From Octopus bimaculoides (Eukaryota), in NCBI RefSeq assembly GCF_001194135.2, contig NC_068990.1, positions 4,639,014 to 4,691,847 on the forward strand: a stretch of DNA of 52,834 bases, in the 5' to 3' direction. Within the stretch, counting starts at the first letter, position 1, and every line of letters starts with the position of its first letter. Position numbers and translations under genes: made by a program. The notes under the pieces are model-generated. The model was not told where the DNA came from and did not search any database. It saw only the letters and a program-made list of their open reading frames with translations. Below are positions 25,180 to 36,844 of this stretch, piece by piece.

Positions 25180-25729
25180 ACTGGCATCTGTGCTAGTAGA
25201 GCCCTTAGAGCACCATCCAGGCATGATCGTTGCCAGAGCAGCTGACCGGCTTCAGAGATGGTAGCATGTCAAAAGCACCATTTGAGCGTGATCATTACCA
25301 GTGTTGCCTCACTGGCACTTGTGCCGGTGGCATGTGAAAAATATTTGAGCGAGGTTGTTGCCAGTGCCGCTGGACTGGCTCCTGTGCAGGTGGCACGTAA
25401 AAAACACCTTTTGAGCATGGCCGTTGCCAGTACCACCTGACTGGCCCTTGTGCCAGTGGCATGTNNNNNNNNNNTGCAGGTGGCACGTAAAAAACACCTT
25501 TTGAGCATGGCCGTTGCCAGTACCACCTGACTGGCCCTTGTGCCAGTGGCATGTAAAAGCACCTACTACACTCTCAGAGTGGTTGGCGTTAGGAAGGGCA
25601 TCCAGCTGTAGAAACTGTACCAGATCAGATTTGAGCTTGGTGCAGCTATCTGGTTTGCCAGTCCTCAATCAAATTGTCCAACTCAAGCCAGCATGGAAAG
25701 CGGACGTTAAATGATGATGATGATGATGA
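25180..25729 (+). mobile_element. RTE-tailed element with expanded ~60-65 bp tandem units and (GAT)n tail
   Basis: Same structure as 21493-21816 with more units; contains a 10-N gap. Confidence 0.8.
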
Positions 25730-25809
25730 TATATATACACACTTATATATATATTTATATATATATATACACTTATATATATATGTATATATACTTATAT
25801 ATATATATA

Positions 25810-25847
<38 letters not shown>

Positions 25848-25877
25848 CATATATATATATACATATATGCATTTATA

Positions 25878-25919
<42 letters not shown>

Positions 25920-25968
25920 TGCATTTATATATATATAGGTGTGTGTGTGGAGAGAGAGAGAGAGAGAT
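25730..25968. repeat. Compound (TA)n/(TG)n/(GA)n microsatellite
   Basis: Direct inspection. Confidence 0.95.
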
Positions 25969-27024
25969 GGACAGACAAACTGATCGATAAATATAGATAA
26001 GTGCAAAAATCAAAGCACAGTGATCTCTTTATAAACAAACCATATTTTACTGTCTGTTTGAATATATTTATTTAACTCTGAGTATTGAGAATAATAAGTA
26101 TTCCTTTATACAAACAAACAAACAAAATGTAAAAATAATGTGTTTAATACAATAAAAATGATTCTTAACATTGGTATTAAGGACATACGCTTTTGGTGGA
26201 GGGGTACATTTAATTAAACCAACCCTTGTTTATTATAAGTACTTATTTTATTTATTCTGGAACCTGAAAAGCAATGTTGCTCTTGGTAGTATTTGAACCC
26301 AAATCGTAAATGAACAGAACTAAATAACAAAATAAATTTTGTCCAAATTGTTTCTGATTTTGCTCGCCTGAATGATATTATATACACTATAAATCACAAA
26401 GATGATGCTTATAGATACTAAATCTGAAAAAAAAAAAAAATCATTTGAAAGATATATAACAAATCTTAGTTTTAATATGGGTTGCTGATATATCATATTG
26501 AGACTCCTATATGTTCATAATTTCATGTATCATAAAAAAAATTGGTTACTAATACTCGTAAGAAAGAAGAGTAGGAATTTCTCTTGTAATATTTATTATT
26601 ATTTTTTTTAATGAACAAACCCAAGAATATGTATTCATATCAAGCAACTTAAACACTATACAATATCAATGGAAATAAACTTTATATGCCAGGCATTGTG
26701 TGATATTCCTGAAACATGAGAAATCCGGATAATTTTGTTAACTTCAAGCACCTGTTTGGCGAATTTCCAACTTAAATTCTAGATCAGTTCTTTATTTTTT
26801 AACAGAAATTTATATTTGTTGTTTGTTTTGCAAAGAAGCTTCTATCTGTCTGTTGGTCTGTCTTTCTGTCAGTCTGGTTGTCTATTTGTCATCCATCCAT
26901 CCCTTAATTAAATTTATTGTAAATGACAGAGAAACAAAATAGTGCCTGTAGTGAAATGAAACTGAATTAACAGATATATATCTTTTTTTATTAGCTTTTA
27001 AATGGTTTAGGCCATTCCACATAC

Positions 27025-27168
27025 TGCTATCTCAGTGCACTTATATACTACAGGCTGAGCAATAATGTTGATAAAGTGGATTATACAAATTCTGCTTAAT
27101 ACACATTTTTGTTTAATATGAGGAACAAAGTTGATGACATAATATAATACTGAACAAATCTTGCATCT
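27025..27168 (-). CDS. Candidate 144-bp exon RCKICSVLYYVINFVPHIKQKCVLSRICIIHFINIIAQPVVYKCTEIA
   Basis: Acceptor actcttttctctAG, donor GCA|GTATGT, 48 open codons in AT-rich DNA. Confidence 0.4.
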
Positions 27169-27389
27169 CTAGAGAAAAGAGTCTTTTTTTTATATGCTTT
27201 ATATATTGTGTGAGAGGTAATATAATATTAAAAAAGATGCCATTAGAAAATGGATACTACCCCAGAGTTAATAAAGCAATATTAGACTTAAACCCATTAA
27301 TGAGCAATAGCAATTTTGTTATTAACTATAATTTCTTAATTAGGGTTGACAACAGAGAAATAGGGAAAAAGAAATGAAAGAAGTTATAC

Positions 27390-27487
27390 CTTTGATGGCT
27401 TTTCCTAGGGAATTAATGCAGTAACTGAAATGGTTTGAACTTTTAATCAAATTTATCCTAGCAACTGTATTTATTTCATTAGTAGAA
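27390..27487 (-). CDS. Candidate exon STNEINTVARINLIKSSNHFSYCINSLGKAIK, phase 2 to 1
   Basis: Acceptor cattgttatcgttAG, donor AAG|GTATAA; phase not cleanly compatible with neighbours. Confidence 0.3.
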
Positions 27488-28211
27488 CTAACGATAACAA
27501 TGATGATGATGATGGTGAGAATTATGATGCATGATACAGATACTGAAGTGGTTAGTGTCATGTTATGGTATGTTAGCCAATGGTTATTTAATAGATGATT
27601 TTTGCTAGGCATAAGGTTAACAGTGTAAGAGGGTGGGATCATCCTTATTACCATTTTATGGCTACTTTCAATGCTGACATGGGTCATATTATAATTAATA
27701 TAATATACATAGGTCTCACTGGTATTTCATTTATCCTGGTCATATTTAAATTTAAAAATATGAAGTACCAAACTAGATAGTATGAAACACTTTGGCTAGC
27801 TACCTACCCTTTCACTCATCCCTATTTTGATAAAAGAATTGTTATACTATTCCCATTGGTACAGTGTATACAGATATAATGCTGCATTGTTGAATGGAAT
27901 GATATATTGTGGTAGAATATTTTATAGTGTGGTGATGTGTAGGTGGTGAAATGGCAGAGTTGTTAGAATGCCAGATAAAATATTTTGTGATATTTGTTCC
28001 AGCTCTCTGCACCTCAAGTTCAAATCTTATCATGGTCAGCATTATCAATTGTCCTTTCAGAGTTTATAAATAAATATCAGTTAAATGCAATAAATTGATA
28101 GAATTGTTAGAGCATAAGGAAAACAGCATTGTATTATGTGTTTTAATTCTTTGTGCTTTGAGTTCAAATTCCACATTGGAATTGAAATCCTACCAATAGT
28201 TATGTTATTAC

Positions 28212-28299
28212 CTCTCACACACTGAGAGAAGGTATCATGACAGAGCATGACAAATTGCAGGACCTGCATCTTGTTGCAGTTGGACAAGCCTCCTGTTGT
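28212..28299 (-). CDS. Candidate exon TTGGLSNCNKMQVLQFVMLCHDTFSQCVR, phase 0 to 1
   Basis: Donor GAG|GTAATA, acceptor actctactgcattaAG; GC-richer; the plus strand is also open here. Confidence 0.3.
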
Positions 28300-28867
28300 C
28301 TTAATGCAGTAGAGTCATGGATACAGAGGCTTCAAAAACTAACCAATAGAGAAATCAATCTCTCAACTCTTTCTACACACTAACTCAAACTAATATATAG
28401 CCTTGGGGTTTCATGAATCTTGGAAGCCTCCTCAACAAAAGAGTAAAACTACTACGGATGATGACAAGGTTGCACAGTATTGTGACATGTAATAGTCAAT
28501 AGCATTTTGTTACATAATATAAAATGTTAAGGTTTATGAGAGGTTTACAAAATGTAATATTGTATAAGTAGTATAATATGGCTTCGTTGTACAGTACACT
28601 TCAGGTAAAACAAAAACGTATGAACGATTTTACAAATAAAAATAGATGCTGTCATGGTCTAATATAATGATCAGACAAATACAAATATGAATGTAAAATT
28701 GACAGAAGAATTTCTATTAATATCCAAACTGTTTATACAATATATTTTCTGATATATAAAAACATCTTGGAAATTACAAGAACATTATTAACAAGAATAC
28801 TAGCAGTATTATTCTGAATATTTGTTTGTAATGAAGTATCTTCTCCAAAATAATGTCAAAATCTTAC

Positions 28868-28985
28868 TACCTGTGTACTTTGCTGGGGTGGATGTACAGT
28901 TACTGGGAGTAAAATTATTTTCTTAAATTCCAGTGTATTTCCTTGATTACTATCCATCCTTCGTGAACATGCTACTAAGCATTCA
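28868..28985 (-). CDS. Candidate exon ECLVACSRRMDSNQGNTLEFKKIILLPVTVHPPQQSTQ(V), phase 2 to 0
   Basis: Acceptor cagtatttcAG; tandem donors CAG|GTAGTA (28871) or GTA|GTAAGA (28868); 38-39 open codons. Confidence 0.45.
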
Positions 28986-29084
28986 CTGAAATACTGTGCT
29001 TAGAAATTTCTATAAAGTCATTTAATTCCTGAAATACTAAATCCAGAACTATATTAAGAAAAATCAACAACTATATTGGATTAC

Positions 29085-29126
29085 AAAACTTCTTTGCAAA
29101 TGATACAGTCATCTGAAGTAGCAACA
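29085..29126 (-). CDS. Candidate exon VATSDDCIICKEV(F), phase 2 to 2
   Basis: Strong acceptor ttctttctatatttttgatattttAG, donor |GTAATC; 99-bp intron to 28985 keeps frame. Confidence 0.4.
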
Positions 29127-30088
29127 CTAAAATATCAAAAATATAGAAAGAATTAAAAAAAAATTAAGAAAAATATCAATCCCGTCTCACTTCCCTCCCT
29201 ATAAATTAAGATAATGCACATGAAAACTCTATACTGTCAGTCGATTCGTATTTCCTGAAATCCATTACAAATATAGAATGACATTTTAGTATCAACATTC
29301 TTATGTAATTTATTAATGAACTCTATATGATAAAAATAAGAAATCTGTTAATAATAATATGTGTGTATGTGTGTGTGTGTATGTGTGTGTGCGCGCGTGC
29401 ACCATGTGTGTGTGTGTATATATATGTATATAGTATTAGCAAACAGAAGAAAAAGTCTTCAAATAGTAGGTTAGAAACAAGAAAGTAACCTAAATATTGA
29501 TTATATAGTTATTTCAAAAAAAAGAAATATTTGAAAATCTAAATGAAAGTACAAATAATTCAATTATCATTTCATTTTATATCCATATATTTAACTTAAT
29601 CTGACAGCTCTAGAAATTCAGATATATTCTTGAAATCATTGGTTGTATGAAACTGCTTTCATGTTTTACTTAGCATAATTGTTAAGTTTATTGTCATAAG
29701 AAAAATGTTTCTGGAATAGTGTGATAAATAGAACTGATTGTCATTTTATCATCAAAAGTATCTATTAGTGGTTTATTATAACTAAAAGAATTTTTCAAAT
29801 AAAACTATTAAATACTTGAATACAAGACTTATAAAGCAGCACAAATGATAAAATTGTGGTTTCAAAAGTAAAGAAGCAATTACACTAAACAAATTTTGCA
29901 ATTTTCATATAATTTACATAATTGATCTATTGTTTTCCACTTATTAATATTTACAAGTAAAATCTGTTTCACTGGAAGATGCAAGTGGTATAGTTAATTG
30001 ATCATATGTGTAACTTGTAGTTGTTTGTACTCGATTACAGCATGTTGTACAATCAATTTCCTGCAGATTTATTACACATAAGCCATAC

Positions 30089-30133
30089 TCAAAACTTCTA
30101 TGCAAAATCATTAATACTGAGATAAGGCCAATC
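30089..30133 (-). CDS. Candidate exon IGLISVLMILHRSF, phase 2 to 2
   Basis: Acceptor tgtgttcttgatctAG, donor GA|GTATGG; the frame also stays open for over 60 codons past the donor. Confidence 0.35.
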
Positions 30134-30143
30134 CTAGATCAAG

Positions 30144-30186
<43 letters not shown>

Positions 30187-30200
30187 GCATGCATACTTAC

Positions 30201-30221
30201 AAAACATGACAAATCTTCCAA
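30201..30221 (-). CDS. Candidate short exon WKICHV(L); alternative upstream acceptors possible
   Basis: Strong donor |GTAAGT, acceptor tttgctcttcattttcataAG; joins 30133 in frame. Confidence 0.3.
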
Positions 30222-30695
30222 CTTATGAAAATGAAGAGCAAACTATTTGAAACTTAGTATTTTAATAAAAAGAAAAGATGAAGTTAATAATCTAAAATGT
30301 TATTCCATGATGCGAAGATGTTGTAGAGCTTTCCAACATTGTTTTTGTTTTTTAATAATATATTTATTATTGAGAAAAACAATCTTTTGTTGGCTTAAGA
30401 GAAAAGAGTGATCAACTAAATATTGAACTGAAGTGAACGAAAAAGAAAACAATATTAGAAACTGCAAACAGTATTAACTTGCTTAAAAGTAGATTTCCAC
30501 AGAGACTGATCTAAATAAAAACAAAATGGAAAAGAAGAATATCATGGAACTGAATCTTTTCCTTTCTATTTCAATCATTATGATGTAATTATTCTATTTT
30601 CAGGCATGACATCAAAATTTAAAATAATATATATATACAGAATATTGTCATGTCACAAAACTGATTAAAACACATGGAAAATGTTTTATGCTTAC

Positions 30696-30791
30696 TTTGC
30701 AAATGAATTACAGATACTGAATTTAATTTTAAACATTCTTCATTAATCGTTCCTTTTGTTGTTCTTAGACAGTTATTGGGATTAGCGATTA
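30696..30791 (-). CDS. Exon (x)IANPNNCLRTTKGTINEECLKLNSVSVIHLQ, phase 1 to 1
   Basis: Acceptor ttgtctaatatattttgtAG, donor AA|GTAAGC, 96 bp open. Confidence 0.45.
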
Positions 30792-31039
30792 CTACAAAAT
30801 ATATTAGACAAGTATGTGCTACGAAGATTACTGTGACTTTTTTAACTTATATGAATATGAAGTCTGAATTTTTAGAGAAGCAGTCATCTATTTGCAACCA
30901 GATAACTATTAATGCTTCTGTTGCTTACTGCAAGTTTTAAGACATTTTTTTTTAATTGAAAATGATTATGAGATATGAAATAGACATGAAATCTAAATCT
31001 TCAGAGATTAAGCAAGTGATTATTTCAAGTATTTAAAAT

Positions 31040-31210
31040 AATGGTTTCAAATTTTGGCACAAGGCCAGTAAGTTGGGGGAGGGGGGGGGCAAGTCGATTA
31101 TATTGACCCCAATACTCAACTGATACTTAATTTAACAACCTTGAAAGGATGAGAGGCAAAGTAGACCCCCGCAGAATTTGAACATACAATGTAAAAATGG
31201 ATGACCATCT
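31040..31210 (-). mobile_element. SINE family B copy
   Basis: ataatggtttcaaattttggcacaaggcc...gaaaggatgagaggcaaagtagacc. Confidence 0.8.
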
Positions 31211-31834
31211 TTAAAATATTCAAAATAATAACAAATATTTGTAGAAGCAACAAAATAGTTTATAAACCATGATATCTAGTAAGGGACTTCATGGTGAATG
31301 ATGAGTATCAAGTATAAAGGATCTTTCAAACTAGTTCAAACAATATAGTAACCACAGAATTGATATTATACCCAAAAGTTACTTTATAACATAGATTTTG
31401 TGAAATTAACTTATTATTTAACTACCATTTTATTAATAACTTTAGTCAACCAATAAACTATAAAGGACATAGATTCCTTATACATAATCTAATTTCTGAT
31501 CACTTGTTTAAGTGTTTTATTGGTGATTAGGTTTATTAACACGAAAAGTTTTACTGACATTGGCAAGAACTCATATAAAAACACTAGGCTTCTGAACAGC
31601 TCACCAATTAAACATGCTTCTATAGCCTGCCTCTATATGCCATAGATATCACTGGTATATACTTCAAAGGTTTAGTAGCCAATATCTTAGGAGCATACAG
31701 TTATGTGTTAAATGTGTAAAAATTGATACCATTCTATAATATAGCTGATGTATGCGTTCAAAACATATAATCTTTCATCAACAAAAACGTGTTTCATGTT
31801 TGATGCTGATAACAATGGATTTGATATGACATTG

Positions 31835-33140
31835 AATTTATCGACCCAAAAGGATGAAAGGCAAAGTCAACCTTGGCGGAATTTGAACTCAGAACGTAGA
31901 GATGGATGAAATATTGCTAAGGATTTCACCTTGCATGCTAACGTTTCTGCCAGCTCGCTGCCTTCCCAGTCTGTTATATAACTCCAGTGCTTTGGTACTT
32001 ATTTATTGACGCTAGAAAGAGAAAAGGCAAAGTCAACCTTGGCGGAATTTGAACTCAGAACGTAGAGATGGATGAAATATTGCTAAGGATTTCACCTGGG
32101 GTGCTAACGTTTCTGCCAGCTTTCCGTCTTCCCAGTCTGTTATATAACTCCGGTGCTTTGGTACTTATTTATTGGCGCTAGAAAGAGAAGATGTAAAGTT
32201 GGCCAGGGCATGGTGCGAACTCACAATAATAACCAAATAGTGTAAGGTTTTATGTCTGACACTCTATCAGATCTGCCACATTATGCTTATGATGGCAAAC
32301 ACCTGGATTCTCTTCATATGGTGTGCATGTCATGTCTATAATCAAGACACTTGGAAATGTTTGCCTACATCTATGTATCATATGAAAATGTGTCTATTTT
32401 TAGCTGTTATTCTTTTTTTACATGCACCATGGTTCCAAAAGGACAGAAAGAGGATAAATGTAAGACATTTATAACAAAGTGGTAGTGGTAACAGTAATAA
32501 TCCTTTCTACTATAGGCACAAAACCTGAAATTTGGTGGAGGGGAATAATCGATTACATCGACCCCAGCACTGGTACTTATTTTATCGATGTGAAAAGGAT
32601 GAAAGGCAAAATCTACCTCAGCAGAATTTGAACTCAGGACATAAAGATGGACTAAATATCACTGAGTATTTTCCTGGCATGCTAACAGTTCTTTTTCACT
32701 CTAGGCACAAGACCCGAAATTTTGGGGGAAGGGGCCAGTCGATTAGATCAACCTCAGTAAGCAACTGGTACTTAATTTATCAACTCTGAAAGGATGAAAG
32801 GCAAAGTCAACCTCGGCAGAATTTGAACTCAGAACATAAAGACGGATGAAATACCGGTAAGCATTTCACCTGGTGTGCTAATGTTTCTGCCAGCTCGCCA
32901 CCTTAGGGAAAGTAATAATAATAACAATAATAATTGCTTTTAATTTTAGCCCAAGGCCTAAATTTTTAAGGAAATTGGGGTTAGTAAATACCACTTTCCC
33001 CCAATACAAGACAAATAATGTATTTTATCAACCTTGAAAGGACAAAAAGCAAAGTTGAAATTAGTGGGATTTGAACTCAAAATGTAACAAACTAGAGAAA
33101 TATTGCAAGACGTTTTTTCCAACACCAGCAATTCTACCAA
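31835..33140 (-). mobile_element. Cluster of at least five co-oriented SINE family B copies/fragments, including a 166-bp tandem duplication
   Basis: Repeated aaaggcaaagtcaacct(t/c)ggc(g/a)gaatttgaactcagaac at ~31857, 32023, 32603, 32797 and a diverged copy at ~33045. Confidence 0.85.
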
Positions 33141-33789
33141 TTTGCCAGAAATGCAGAGTTACTGATGGTCATTTTGTTTTCTTAAGATATGCTAGTACAT
33201 AGGGGAACACAGCAACAATGAGATGAATGATGTGACGAATAAAAGGAATTGATTTGAATGTTGTTGAAAGTTACTTTCAGACTATCATAAGTGCATTTAT
33301 ACCATACAGGCAATGTGTCAATATAACAAATATAAACATATACAATTTGCACTGTGCAATGAATAGCAGCTGTTAAAACAAATTATCATCAATGTGGACA
33401 ATATGAACATAGAGAATACTAGTAAACAAATTTAAAAATCAAGGCTGTGAATGCTACAGTTTATTTGAGGGCACTAGGGGAGATTATGTTAGTAATGTTA
33501 AATACAGTAATTATGATATAATTACTAATCTACATAATATGTTTATGTTAATAATATAGACATTACAACTTCTGATAACCAGTTTCTTCAGTAGCATCAA
33601 AATTCCTGCTGTAGTTGAAATTTGGTCACTTCAATAAAAGTTGAACAAGAAGTTGATGATACATACATCAACAGCTTGCTAAAGACTATCAGTTGTGGAC
33701 ATATGTTTAATAGGCCTTCTCTTACAGAGCAACAAAGATTTAGGGACACTATCAGTGATGTACAGAGAAATAACAACATTATGGTACCC

Positions 33790-33980
33790 AATTCTTATTT
33801 CTTTATTACCCACAAGGGGCTAAACACAGAGGGGACAAACAAAGGGATTAAGTCGATTATATTGACCCCAGTGCAAAGATGGAAGGCAAAGTCAACCTCG
33901 GAGGAATCTGAACTCAGAACGTAACGGCAGACGAAATACCGCTAAGCATTTTGCCTGGCATGCTAATGTTTCTGCCAATT
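33790..33980 (-). mobile_element. SINE family B with alternative 3' tail (ttctttattacccacaaggggctaaac)
   Basis: Same head and centre, different tail. Confidence 0.8.
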
Positions 33981-34697
33981 CTATTACCCAGTTAATTTCC
34001 TTTATACTTCCATACTCAATAGAATAAACTATAGAGTATTAAATAAACAATGCATCATTATAAAAGACAGAAGTTACCAACATAGAATAGACAGAATATA
34101 ACCCTTCTAGAAATATTACCAAAAACATGTATTGTATAATAATTAAACATAGTATAAACAATGGACAAACATTACAAACGCTCAAATGTATAAAACAAAA
34201 TACGAAAATATCTGCTTTAAATAATAGATTAAAACAATATATCATTAGAGAAGGACGCTATTCTGATATTTACATCTTGGAAACAACCAACACAATTTCT
34301 ACAGGACAATACACAGCAATAATATAGACGGTATGGTACCCACTAAAGAAACATTTTGGAAATTAACTTTTGAAAAGAAGCTGAATATAAGAACAATAGC
34401 TGTTTAGAAAAGAGTACTGCAGTAACAGAAATCGAAAACTAAAAGCATTTCAGTATCTGATTTGAGGTTTAATTTACATAGCTTCAGAAACCAGAGGTTT
34501 TTTTGACACTGATAACATTCATAACTTTTAATGTTTGTCATGCTTGCCTTATTCCTTTCCAACCTTCACAGATCTGCCAATGTATCATTTTAATGCTGCA
34601 TTGTACCTTCTATGCAAAAATTGTATAATCTATCCTACTAACTGAGAGACAAAAACCTTTGACGCCAACAGATGCAATAGCTCCTAGGACTTCTTAC

Positions 34698-34722
34698 ACA
34701 GGCAACTGTGCTTTCAGAATAC
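34698..34722 (-). CDS. Candidate 25-bp exon ((x)ILKAQLP or YSESTVAC)
   Basis: Donor |GTAAGA, moderate acceptor gcacatgatgtAG. Confidence 0.25.
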
Positions 34723-35156
34723 CTACATCATGTGCTAATTAAATTACCCATATAAAAAAAAAAGAAACATCAGCTTCTTCTAGGGAGCTTCCAGTATTTT
34801 CACGTGTAGCTTTGCTGTAAACAAATCTTGTGTATCTGCCCCATATGAGGTCTACCTTCCCTGTTTGTCAGTGATTCCACTAATGCATCCATAGTTTACA
34901 GTGGGGATACCAAATGGAAGTCTTGCCTAACTTTTGTCTGCATTCAAATCATGGTCACTTTACAATGTCAGTAGATTCAAATTCCTTTTAATGCTAAGTA
35001 TAACTTCTTAATTTCTGCTTTTGTTAAGCTTACTTTCAGACCTCTCAATTCTAAGTTTTTTTTCCAAATTTTGAATCAATTCTCTAAATCTCTGATTCAG
35101 TAAAGAGAACAAGGTCATTGTTATACAGAAGTTCCCACAATGAGCAAGTCTTAAAC

Positions 35157-35785
35157 ACTCTTGTTTATCATAGTCCTCCAGGCAATAACAGAGGAATTTA
35201 AGACAGGCTTCTCCTGGGATTTCGTCTATGCTGATGACCTTGCTCTCATAGCTGAATCACTACCTGAACTAGAGAAGTTCTGGGTATGGAAGTAAGGTCT
35301 AGAATCAAAGGGCCTTAGCGTTAACCTAGCAAAACCAAAGCCATAATAAGTAGGAAGGCAGACAAATCACAGATCCCTTCAGGTAGATGGCCCTGCTCAA
35401 TCTGTAGAAAAGGTATAGGTAGAAACTCCATAAGATGTACCCAGTGTAAGCTTTGGACACATGAAAGGTGCAGCAACATCAGAGGTAGGTCAAAAGGGAA
35501 ACTAACTTTTACATGTGGAAGATGCACAGGTACAATAAACACTAAAAATGTGCAGAAAATAGACTCCATCAACTGCCAGTGGGGCAAGCTAGAGGTAGAA
35601 GATAGCTTTCACTATCTAGGTGACCAAGTTAGTAGCGGAGGTGGATTCTCCAAGAGTGTAGCTGTGAAAATGAGATTAGGTTGGGTAAAGTTCAGAGAGC
35701 TCCTACCCCTGCTGGCAACAAAGGCCTCTCTTTCAGTGTGAAAGTCAGATTGTTTGATGCCTGTGTGTGAACAGCTATATTCATA
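35157..35785 (+). mobile_element. RTE-clade LINE RT C-terminal fragment with YADD and PHD-like Cys/His finger; degraded
   Basis: LFIIVLQAITEEFKTGFSWDFVYADDLALIAES...GRWPCSICRKGIGRNSIRCTQCKLWTHERCSNI...FTCGRC...LEVEDSFHYLGDQVSSGGG...GWVKFRELLPLL; stops and frameshifts present. Confidence 0.9.
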
Positions 35786-36123
35786 CTATCTTATGGTTGC
35801 ATTACTTCAGGGTTCAAAAAGAGCTTATATCTTTTCATTATCTAAAGACATAATGATCACCTAAGTGGAGTTAGCTCTTTTTGAACTCTGAAGAAGTTCA
35901 ACCACAAAGTATCATGAATGTGGCAATTTTATCGACATTAAACAACATGCTTTGGAAATTCCTAACTACTTATTGGTTTGACAAAAACATATACGTAGGT
36001 TCTTCGTACGCTTTTTTAAAACTTTTTTGAGCTTTCAACTTCCAATTTATTTGTAATGTTTTTATAAAAAAAAGTCACCTTTCTACAACATGCAAATAAA
36101 TTAGTAATTACATCCACTTATTT

Positions 36124-36161
<38 letters not shown>

Positions 36162-36227
36162 CTTTTCAGACTGGTACATATTTTATCAACTCTGCAAAAA
36201 GACGAAAGGTAAAGTTGACCTCAGACA

Positions 36228-36229
<2 letters not shown>

Positions 36230-36268
<39 letters not shown>

Positions 36269-36482
36269 TCCTTTCTACTAAAGGCACAAGGCCTGAAATT
36301 TGTTGGGAGGGGACTAGTTGATTATAACGATCCTAGTGTTTAACTGGTACTTAATTTATTGACCCTGCGAGGATGGAAAACAAAGTCAACCTTGGCAGAA
36401 TTTGAACTCAGAAGAGTGACAGGTGGAATACCGCTAAGCATTTTGCCCAATGTGCTAACCATTCTGGCAGCTCACCACCTTA

Positions 36483-36520
<38 letters not shown>
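36230..36520 (-). mobile_element. Full-length SINE family B flanked on both sides by (TAA)n
   Basis: (aat)n-gatcctttctacta...cagctcaccacctta-(aat)n. Confidence 0.9.
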
Positions 36521-36522
<2 letters not shown>

Positions 36523-36786
36523 GTTACAGTTATGATGATATATTTTGTGTCATTAATTCCTTATTTTGAAGATTATCTGGAGCTAGAAGATTAACTAAAA
36601 TAATTTTCATGATCATATATATTAGTCACTGGATAAATCAGCTTCAACTAATAAAAACGAGTGAAATTTCTTTTTCTGGTCACTAGATGAGTTTAACTCT
36701 AAACTGAAACCTATGAAACACTCATCATTTATAGAATACTGCTGTGTGACAAAGTATATAATTCCATTTTTGTAGACCCTACTTAC

Positions 36787-36844
36787 AGGTAGCTATACTG
36801 AGCCATTGACATTTAAGTGAATTTGTCTTGTACACAGCACAATG
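36787..36844 (-). CDS. Candidate exon HCAVYKTNSLKCQWLSIAT, phase 0 to 1
   Basis: Acceptor atttatattgtcattAG, donor CT|GTAAGT, single open frame. Confidence 0.45.

Noticed and set aside
1434-25245. Long ORFs in the track at 1434-1952, 15545-16016, 21211-21707 and 24579-25245
   Set aside because: They are open only because they span N gaps and (TA)n/(CA)n repeats (X and YIYI runs)
25330-25560. Repeat-spacer appearance resembling a CRISPR array
   Set aside because: Imperfect contiguous tandem units inside a eukaryotic retroelement with no unique spacers or cas genes; the exact repeat across the 10-N gap is probably a scaffolding artefact
25674-26000. Tyr/Ile-rich or Asp-rich ORFs (also 20144-20504, 22187-22511, 41457-41870)
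   Set aside because: Translations of microsatellites and SINE tails
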